From: an uncultured Pelagibacteraceae bacterium
Lineage (GTDB): Bacteria; Pseudomonadota; Alphaproteobacteria; Pelagibacterales; AG-422-B15
Assembly (NCBI GenBank): GCA_902590345.1
Contig: CACIWK010000001.1
Location: 142,010 to 206,009, forward strand
Direction of reading: 5' to 3'
DNA length: 64,000 bases
Shown: in pieces, positions 57,186 through 64,000 of the stretch
Layout: every line of letters begins with the position of its first letter
How positions within the stretch are numbered: position 1 is the first letter of the stretch
Program-made: the position numbers and the translations under genes
The notes under the pieces: model-generated
Seen by the model: the letters and a program-made list of their open reading frames with translations, nothing else
Databases searched by the model: none
What the model was told of the DNA's origin: nothing

Positions 57186-58547
57186 ATGGATCTGACTAAA
57201 GATAATATTTCAACTTTAATAAGGCAAATTGCAATTCCTTCAAGTGTTGGTACTCTTTTTCAAACACTCTATAACATCGTTGATGTTAAGTTTGCTGGAT
57301 TAATATCACCTGATGCTATCACTGCTATTGCAAAATCATTTCCAATTTACTTCATTATTATTGGGTTTACCGCGGGTTTATCCATAGGAGTTACAGCGCT
57401 AATTTCAAATGCTCTTGGAAAAAATGATGAGAAAAAAGCATCGCTCCTTCTTGCACAGGCTATTCTTACTAGTTTAATTATATCTGTCGTAATTTCGTTG
57501 GTTGGAATTTATGGAACAGAACCTATTCTTATATTTTTGAAAACAAATCCTGAAATTATATTCTATGCAAAAGACTATATGGATATAATTTTTATTGGCG
57601 CCTCACTGTTTTTTTTACAATTGACCATTAATTCATTTCTAGCTTCTAAAGGGGATACAAAGTCTCTAAGAAATGTCCTAATTATTTCATTCTTTCTTAA
57701 TCTAGTTTTGAATCCCACATTTATTTATGGAATATATTTTATTCCTGCAATGGGGGTGAAGGGTATAGCCTTAGCAACATTATGTTCACAACTGTTTGGA
57801 CTAATTTATATTGTTATGAAGGTAAATAAGACAAATTTAAAAAAATTTCTTTACCCAGAATGCTTCGTGCCCAAATATAATTTACAAAAAGAAATTTTAA
57901 CTCAAGCAGTTCCCGCTACAATTTCAATGATGCTCATTGGTTTGGGGGTTTTTGTCTTATTATTTTATGTTTCAAGCTACGGGGATTATTCAGCAGGCGG
58001 GTATGGTGCAGCGATCCGCTTTGAACAACTTTTTCTATTACCTGTTTTAGGCTTAAATGCCTCTACTCTCGCTTTAGTTGGTCAAAATTTTGGTGCTATG
58101 AATTTTAGCAGAATTCATGAGACTTATAATAGGTCAATTTTTTATGGAACTTTCTTTATGGCTATATGTGGACTATTTATTTTCTTTTTATCAGACTACA
58201 TCATGTACTTTTTTAGCGATAATAAAGAAATTATTTTCTATGGATCAACCTACCTGAAGATCGCTGCATTTGCCGGACCTTGCTATCCAATTTTCTTTAT
58301 TTCGTCAGCATTACTTCAAGGACTTAAAAAACCAAATTATCAAATGATAATTAACTTAATGAGAATGGTGATATTGCCAGTTTGCGGACTTTCCGTTGCA
58401 GTTCTCTATTTAAAAGTTGATTTTACTACAATGTTTTTAGTGATATTGATAATTAACTACATATTTGCAGCTGCAGTCTACAAATTTTCGACTTACCAAA
58501 TCAGCTTTATGCAAAAAAACTATAATCCAAACTTTGATGCCGTTTGA
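57186..58547 (+). CDS. MATE family efflux transporter
   Basis: 12 TM helices; N-terminal IPSSVGTLFQTLYNIVDVKFAG typical of MATE/NorM. Confidence 0.85.
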   Translation: MDLTKDNISTLIRQIAIPSSVGTLFQTLYNIVDVKFAGLISPDAITAIAKSFPIYFIIIGFTAGLSIGVTALISNALGKNDEKKASLLLAQAILTSLIISVVISLVGIYGTEPILIFLKTNPEIIFYAKDYMDIIFIGASLFFLQLTINSFLASKGDTKSLRNVLIISFFLNLVLNPTFIYGIYFIPAMGVKGIALATLCSQLFGLIYIVMKVNKTNLKKFLYPECFVPKYNLQKEILTQAVPATISMMLIGLGVFVLLFYVSSYGDYSAGGYGAAIRFEQLFLLPVLGLNASTLALVGQNFGAMNFSRIHETYNRSIFYGTFFMAICGLFIFFLSDYIMYFFSDNKEIIFYGSTYLKIAAFAGPCYPIFFISSALLQGLKKPNYQMIINLMRMVILPVCGLSVAVLYLKVDFTTMFLVILIINYIFAAAVYKFSTYQISFMQKNYNPNFDAV

Positions 58548-59284
58548 TTGAAAAATCCTTTATTTTTTTGATCTGAAATCCAATGATTTATAAAGTTTAT
58601 CCATTCTTGGTCACCTCTCGGTAACAAAATTGCGAATAGTTTTGCATTTTTAGGCTCATCAATATTTATGATAGATAGCTCTGGATATAAATTGATAAGC
58701 TTCAAAGCATCAACTCTACTTGTTAATGATACATCAGCTCTTCCTGACAGTACTTCCTGATATTCACGCGCAGGAGCTTCAACCATCACAATATTTGAGT
58801 CTGGAAACGATTTTTTAGCTTCATTTTCAAAGACTGTTCCGAGCGTAACAGCAACTGTTGTATTTGCATTATTGATGTTATCCCAGCTTCCAATATTTTC
58901 TAAATTCTTAGCCAGAGCCATTGCTACCGTTCCGGTGCCATAGTATGAATTTGAATAACCAGCGGTAAGTGCTCTCTGAGTCGTTATTGAAGCGCTGGAT
59001 GTCATGTGGTATTTAGAGGCTACCACACCTGAAACCAGATTTTTCCAATCTGTTGCAACAAACTCAATATCAACACCCATATCTTCAGCGAGTTTTTTAG
59101 CCACATCAATATCGTAACCCTCGTATTCATTCGTTTCGGGATTCATAAAGCTCCAGCCTGGAAAATCACCAGTTGTTCCGACTTTAAGCACACCAGTTTT
59201 CATAATTTCATCTAGTGTTGATGCATGTGATAAAGATGAAATAAATAATGCAATAGAAATTAATAAGGCATGAATGAGCTTCAT
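58520..59284 (-). CDS. ABC transporter substrate-binding protein, family 3 (polar amino acid type)
   Basis: Signal peptide, GVLKVGTTGDFPGWSF, GYDIDVAKKLAEDMG. Confidence 0.8.
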   Translation of the reverse strand: MKLIHALLISIALFISSLSHASTLDEIMKTGVLKVGTTGDFPGWSFMNPETNEYEGYDIDVAKKLAEDMGVDIEFVATDWKNLVSGVVASKYHMTSSASITTQRALTAGYSNSYYGTGTVAMALAKNLENIGSWDNINNANTTVAVTLGTVFENEAKKSFPDSNIVMVEAPAREYQEVLSGRADVSLTSRVDALKLINLYPELSIINIDEPKNAKLFAILLPRGDQEWINFINHWISDQKNKGFFNQTASKFGL

Positions 59285-59357
59285 ATGATTTTCCTCTTTT
59301 TAATATTTTTTAAAAATTATACGTTTATATTTAAATAATATAATTATATTTTTTATC

Positions 59358-60116
59358 ATGAATTTCAACATAGCTGGAAAAATCAATGTCTTCTTAGTAC
59401 TTTTGTCTTTATTAGTATTAACAGGATGTTCATCAAATTATCAATGGGGCTGGTATGTAATTCTGCCAAATAATAAGATTGGACTATCGAATATAGAATT
59501 CTTAATTGGTGGTTTAGGTTACACCATAATTCTATCAGTAATATCAATTATAATTGCAATATTTTTGGGCTTAATTGTTTCTGTTGCAAGCATTTCAAGA
59601 AATAGAGCTCTTAACTACATAAATGTTGGCTATACAGAGATAATTAGAGCAATACCAGTTTTAGTAATGATTTTATGGGTTTATTATGGATTACCTGTTT
59701 TGCTAAACCTAAATTTTACTGCATTTACTGCGGGGATCATCGCATTAAGTATCTGTGAGAGCCCATTTATAGCAGAAATTTTCAGATCTGGTATCCAAGC
59801 CGTACCTAAAGGTCAAAAAGAAGCCGGTTCATCTATGGGTATGAATTTTTTTCAAATTTTCTACCACATCACGTTACCTCAAGCAGTTCGAATAATTTTA
59901 CCCGCATTAGGCAATCAATTTGTTTACATGCTCAAGATGTCATCCCTTGTATCAATCATTGGTCTGAATGAGTTAACAAGAAAAGCTAATGAGCTCGTAG
60001 TGAGTCAGTATCGACCATTAGAAATTTATACATTTTTAGTATTAGAATATTTAGTCCTCATTCTAGTAGTTTCTTTTTTAGTAAGACGTCTTGAGAAGAG
60101 ACTTAAGGTTTATTAA
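59358..60116 (+). CDS. amino acid ABC transporter permease (His/Glu/Gln/Arg/opine family)
   Basis: EAA loop EAGSSMGMNFFQIFYHITLPQA. Confidence 0.85.
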   Translation: MNFNIAGKINVFLVLLSLLVLTGCSSNYQWGWYVILPNNKIGLSNIEFLIGGLGYTIILSVISIIIAIFLGLIVSVASISRNRALNYINVGYTEIIRAIPVLVMILWVYYGLPVLLNLNFTAFTAGIIALSICESPFIAEIFRSGIQAVPKGQKEAGSSMGMNFFQIFYHITLPQAVRIILPALGNQFVYMLKMSSLVSIIGLNELTRKANELVVSQYRPLEIYTFLVLEYLVLILVVSFLVRRLEKRLKVY

Positions 60117-61573
60117 GTCCCACAAAAAGTTTTATAGGGAATATTTGTTTTAGTTGGCGTTTTCAAATATTTGATGTTTACTTTTTTTAACTGGTAAGGT
60201 GAAGAAATTATTTCGTTAAGCTCATTAAACTTATCAAGCTTTCCCTCTGTTTCTGCTTCACTAAGTGCTTCTTCAACTAAATAATTTCTTGGAATTAAAA
60301 TTGGATTACAACTCATCATAACATCTAAATATTCCTTACTTTTAACTCTTTTTTTCCATTCTCTTTTCCAAATATTAAACTCATCATCTTCAAACTCTTT
60401 ATCGTCTGCATGATCATAATTCATTAGATTGCAAAATGTATTTGTAAAATCCGGTTTTTTTTGTTGCATCCATTTGATTAAGTTGTTGATGAGTTCTTCA
60501 TCATTTTCGCTTTGATCTTTAATACCTAGTTTTTTTTTCATCATTTGAAGCCATCTGTCCTTAAACAATGAACTAAACGTGTTTAAAAGATTTTGTGCAA
60601 TTTCAATTGATTTTTTCTCGTTCTCATCGATGAGTGGTAATAAGCACTCTGCTAGTCTCACTAAATTCCATTGAATTATTGAGGGTTGATTGGCAAAAGA
60701 ATATCTTCCTTGAGTATCAATTGAGCTAAAAACTGTATTGGCATCATAATGATCCATAAAAGCGCAAGGTCCATAATCAATTGTCTCTCCTGATATTGTT
60801 GAGTTATCAGTATTCATGACTCCATGAATAAATCCAACACGCATCCATTCTACAATTAAGTTTATCTGATTTTGCATGACAGCTTTTATGAATTCAATCG
60901 CTATATTTTCGGAGAATTTTAAATTACTGAAATGTCTTTTTATTGAGAAATCTAGAAGAGATTTCATGCTCTGATAATCTTTGTGTGCTGCTAAAAACTG
61001 AAAAGTACCGATTCTTATATGGCTGCTTGCTACTCGTGTTAAAATAGATCCTTTTAATGGAACTTCTCGGTAGACTTTTTCTCCAGTCTCAACAACTGCT
61101 AAACTTCTTGTAGTTGGAATACCTAAATAATACATTGCTTCACTAATTAAATATTCACGTAACATCGGTCCCAATGCAGCCTTACCATCTCCGCCTCTTG
61201 AATAAGGTGTTCGCCCTGAGCCTTTATACTGGATATCAAATATTTCACCTTCTGGGGTCATTTGTTCACCAATAACGTGAGCTCTACCGTCACCAAGAAT
61301 TGTAAATTGCCCAAATTGATGCCCTGCATAAGCCTGCGCAAATGGCTTTGAACCATGAGGCAGTGTATTTCCTGAAAATAAATTTGATAGGTCTTTTTCA
61401 GAGATCCCTTTTAAATTTAGGCCAAGTTTTTTGGCGAGTTGATTATTGATAATTATTGTGCTTGGATTATTAACTGCGTCTGGTTTTAATTCTGAGAACA
61501 GTTTGTCAGATATTTGGGTATAACTGTTTTGTAAATTCCATCCTGGATCAGAAAGGGATACATTATTCTTCAT
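60113..61573 (-). CDS. selO: protein adenylyltransferase SelO (YdiU family pseudokinase)
   Basis: YAGHQFGQFTILGDGRA, KGSGRTPYSRGGDGKAALGPMLREYL, FIHGVMNTDN. Confidence 0.85.
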   Translation of the reverse strand: MKNNVSLSDPGWNLQNSYTQISDKLFSELKPDAVNNPSTIIINNQLAKKLGLNLKGISEKDLSNLFSGNTLPHGSKPFAQAYAGHQFGQFTILGDGRAHVIGEQMTPEGEIFDIQYKGSGRTPYSRGGDGKAALGPMLREYLISEAMYYLGIPTTRSLAVVETGEKVYREVPLKGSILTRVASSHIRIGTFQFLAAHKDYQSMKSLLDFSIKRHFSNLKFSENIAIEFIKAVMQNQINLIVEWMRVGFIHGVMNTDNSTISGETIDYGPCAFMDHYDANTVFSSIDTQGRYSFANQPSIIQWNLVRLAECLLPLIDENEKKSIEIAQNLLNTFSSLFKDRWLQMMKKKLGIKDQSENDEELINNLIKWMQQKKPDFTNTFCNLMNYDHADDKEFEDDEFNIWKREWKKRVKSKEYLDVMMSCNPILIPRNYLVEEALSEAETEGKLDKFNELNEIISSPYQLKKVNIKYLKTPTKTNIPYKTFCGT

Positions 61574-61617
61574 TGTTGTTGTAAACTTAATTTAATTTTA
61601 CAAATATTTATATCAAA

Positions 61618-62040
61618 ATGTTAATACAAAAAGAACTTGAAATAGTAGTTGAAGGTAAAGGACTCTACAATATTACAGATATTATTAATCAAGCTATAAG
61701 CAAACATAGGATTTCAAAAGGTATCTGTACAATATTTATCAAGCATACTTCAGCTTCTCTAATTGTTCAGGAAAATGCAGACCCTAACGTTCTTAAAGAT
61801 CTAGAAAATTACTACGACAAAATCGTACCCGAAAAGGATAATTACTTACATAGTGAAGAGGGTCCGGATGATATGCCTGCACATATTAAATCTTCACTAA
61901 CCAACACAACACTGAGCATTCCAATTAAAGAAAAAAAACTTGATCTTGGTATATGGCAAGGAGTGTATTTGTTTGAGCACCGGTACAAGAATAATGATCT
62001 TGGGATAAAAAGAATTATTTCAATGACAGTGATAGCCTAG
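61618..62040 (+). CDS. yjbQ: YjbQ/UPF0047 family (secondary thiamine-phosphate synthase-like)
   Basis: HTSASLIVQENADPNV...EGPDDMPAHIKSSL. Confidence 0.8.
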   Translation: MLIQKELEIVVEGKGLYNITDIINQAISKHRISKGICTIFIKHTSASLIVQENADPNVLKDLENYYDKIVPEKDNYLHSEEGPDDMPAHIKSSLTNTTLSIPIKEKKLDLGIWQGVYLFEHRYKNNDLGIKRIISMTVIA

Positions 62041-62489
62041 TGAGGCATTCTAAATTTATCATGGCAAGCTTTGCAACTTGACCAAATTAAATTCTTTTGA
62101 GCCTCTTTTAATTCATCTCCTGTAAGGTTAGCAGCAATTTGGGTAAATTTTTTGACTTTGTCTGAGGTTTCAATCATCAACGCATTGAATTCATCTTTTT
62201 GAAGCCAAATAGTTGGCAAAGCTTCTGTATCATAACCTGTTTTTGAATTATCAGGGAAAAGGTCGATGAGCTTATCATAATTGACGCTCATTTTTTTAGA
62301 GAGCTCTATTACTTTATCATTATTACCTTTTGCTATTTCTGCAGACATTCTCTTTGCATGGCTATAATTTTGCTTAAATAATGATTTTCTTTCTTTTATA
62401 ATTTTTCCATGGTCGTCGGCAAAACTAATAAAAACAAGAAATAGAGAAGCTAAAATTGATGAAAGCAGTATTTGCAAAATTGTTTTCAT
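62037..62489 (-). CDS. class II cytochrome c (cytochrome c'/c556-like)
   Basis: Signal peptide, four-helix-bundle length, and the haem site CKACH placed near the C-terminus. Confidence 0.7.
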   Translation of the reverse strand: MKTILQILLSSILASLFLVFISFADDHGKIIKERKSLFKQNYSHAKRMSAEIAKGNNDKVIELSKKMSVNYDKLIDLFPDNSKTGYDTEALPTIWLQKDEFNALMIETSDKVKKFTQIAANLTGDELKEAQKNLIWSSCKACHDKFRMPH

Positions 62490-62505
62490 ATTTTAAATAT
62501 ATATT

Positions 62506-63033
62506 ATGAAAATTAAAAATGACAATAGCACTTATGGGATTCTTGCTCGAGCCTTTCACTGGCTCACTTTTTTAATTTTATTATTTCAACTACCTTTAGG
62601 ACTTTATTTAGACAATTTGGAGTTTTCTGAATTTAAACTAACCGTTGAAAATATACATATTGTTATTGGCATAAGTATTTTTTATTTAACATTACTCAGA
62701 TTGATTTGGAAATTTCTTAATCCAAAGCCAATAACTTCGGCTGTAAATAAATTACAATTGATAGCATCAAAAGCAGTACATGGACTATTTTATGTTACGC
62801 TTCTTTTGATTACAATCAGTGGAATCTTAAAACTTTTACTTTCTGGAGAAGAAGTAAATTTTATTATATCTAAGGTCTACATTGACTATTTTAACTATGA
62901 ACTTGCGGACCAATTCCACGTTGTTCATGTTATTTCAGCGTATTTTTTGGCGCTTCTTTTCACTATTCATTTAGGGGCTGTTGTGTATCATCATCTCATA
63001 CAAAAAGACCCTATATTAAAAAAAATGCTGTGA
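62506..63033 (+). CDS. cytochrome b561 family protein (CybB-like)
   Basis: ARAFHWLTFLILL first-helix His, four TM segments, and C-terminal FHVVHV...IHLGAVVYHH histidines. Confidence 0.75.
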   Translation: MKIKNDNSTYGILARAFHWLTFLILLFQLPLGLYLDNLEFSEFKLTVENIHIVIGISIFYLTLLRLIWKFLNPKPITSAVNKLQLIASKAVHGLFYVTLLLITISGILKLLLSGEEVNFIISKVYIDYFNYELADQFHVVHVISAYFLALLFTIHLGAVVYHHLIQKDPILKKML

Positions 63034-63039
63034 TTAAAG

Positions 63040-64000
63040 ATGACCGATAATTCTAATTTGTCTCAATTTCTTGATAGACTAGAAAAATTAAGTGATGAAA
63101 CTCGAACTGAAGCAAAAAATAAAAGGCATAAACTTGGATTAAGAACAGCAAGAGAAAATCTTGATCACTTAGTTGATAATAAAAGTTTTTTAGAGTACGG
63201 AGCTTTTGCGGTAGCAGCTCAAAGAAATAGAAGAAAGTATGAAGATCTTCAAATTGATACTGCGGCAGACGGTATTATTACTGGATTTTGTAAAATCAAT
63301 TCTGATCTTATTGGTGAGGAAAAGTCTTATGCGGTCAGTATTGTTTACGACTATTCAGTATTGGCAGGTACTCAAGGTTTTTTTCATCATAAGAAACTTG
63401 ATCGCATCTGTGAAAAAGCAAAAGAGTTTAAACTTCCAATAGTCATCTATACTGAAGGTGGAGGTGGAAGGCCTGGAGATACAGATGTAACAACATCTGT
63501 TGCTGGTTTGCATGTCCCATCTTTCGCACTCTGGGCAAGTTTGTACGGTAGATGTTTGAGGATTGCTATTAATAATGGATTTTGTTTTGCTGGTAATGCA
63601 GCTCTTTTTGGAAGTGCAGACATCAGGATTGCTACAAAAAATTCCTGGATAGGAATGGCAGGTCCTGCAATGATTGAAGGTGGTGGACTTGGAAAGTTTG
63701 ATCCAAAAGAAATAGGACCGTCAGATATTCAAAAAAATAACGGAGTGATTGACTATGTTGCTGAAGACGAAAAAGAGGCAACTATTATTGCTAAAAAAAT
63801 ACTCTCATACTTTCAAGGAGACATTAAAGATTGGAAAGCTGATGATCAGACTCAACTGAGTAATATTATGCCCAAAGATAGAAGATGGTCTTATCCAGTA
63901 AGAGACATTATAAAAATAATTTCTGATATTGAAGAATTTACCGAGATAAAACCTGAATATGGAAAAGGAATTGTTACGTGCTTTATTAGAATAGAAGGAA
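63040..64000 (+). CDS. acyl-CoA carboxylase carboxyltransferase subunit (partial, runs off the window)
   Basis: Hand translation from the ATG at 63040 gives MTDNSNLSQFLDRLEKL...ARENLDHLVDNKSFLEYG...VLAGTQGFFHHKKLDR...PIVIYTEGGGGRPGD. This is the carboxyl_transferase N-terminal pattern. The frame stays open to the window edge. Confidence 0.75.
   Translation, partial: MTDNSNLSQFLDRLEKLSDETRTEAKNKRHKLGLRTARENLDHLVDNKSFLEYGAFAVAAQRNRRKYEDLQIDTAADGIITGFCKINSDLIGEEKSYAVSIVYDYSVLAGTQGFFHHKKLDRICEKAKEFKLPIVIYTEGGGGRPGDTDVTTSVAGLHVPSFALWASLYGRCLRIAINNGFCFAGNAALFGSADIRIATKNSWIGMAGPAMIEGGGLGKFDPKEIGPSDIQKNNGVIDYVAEDEKEATIIAKKILSYFQGDIKDWKADDQTQLSNIMPKDRRWSYPVRDIIKIISDIEEFTEIKPEYGKGIVTCFIRIEG

Noticed and set aside
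1-64000. An alternative genetic code (TGA as a sense codon), CRISPR arrays, IS elements or a prophage.
   Set aside because: TGA terminates well-supported full-length genes (for example at 4502-4504 and 18387-18389), so the standard bacterial code fits. Apart from the 18-bp coding repeat, I saw no spaced direct-repeat arrays, transposase or integrase-like ORFs, or phage structural genes.

Overview
The window is strongly AT-rich and very tightly packed. Almost every gene junction is an overlap or a spacer of a few nucleotides. I take it to be core chromosome of a streamlined marine alphaproteobacterium, SAR11/Pelagibacterales-like or similar. Support for that placement: a GcrA cell-cycle regulator, a class I lysyl-tRNA synthetase, a TIGR02186 (Alph_Pro_TM)-type protein, and the ffs-dnaX-ybaB-recR and rpmH-rnpA-yidD-yidC blocks.

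Content is mostly housekeeping:
- arginine and lysine biosynthesis (argF, argD, argB, dapD, dapE)
- translation (lysK, fmt, def, truA, rpmH, tRNA-Arg)
- replication and repair (dnaX, recR)
- a large beta-oxidation set (thiolase, crotonase, MaoC, two acyl-CoA dehydrogenases, SDRs, a TetR regulator)
- cytochromes and transporters
- a compact glycoside operon (serine hydrolase, GPH symporter, galK, GH1)

I saw no CRISPR array, transposase, integrase or phage genes.

The best candidate for an uncharacterised system is the three-gene module at 39077-42251: a circularly permuted ATP-grasp, an Alpha-E protein and a transglutaminase. It has no Anbu-type peptidase partner. It is preceded by the largest non-coding gap in the window, which holds an amber-interrupted mini membrane ORF and a Shine-Dalgarno-led 31-codon upstream ORF.

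Other points worth a second look:
- a cupredoxin / beta-helix lipoprotein cluster next to a Gly/Ser-repeat TPR protein
- a frameshift in an A7 run in the first gene of the glycoside operon
- a gamma-sized DnaX
- two paralogous mini winged-helix regulators
- convergent genes whose stop codons abut or overlap almost everywhere

All calls come from reading the supplied translations and the DNA by eye. No searches were run.
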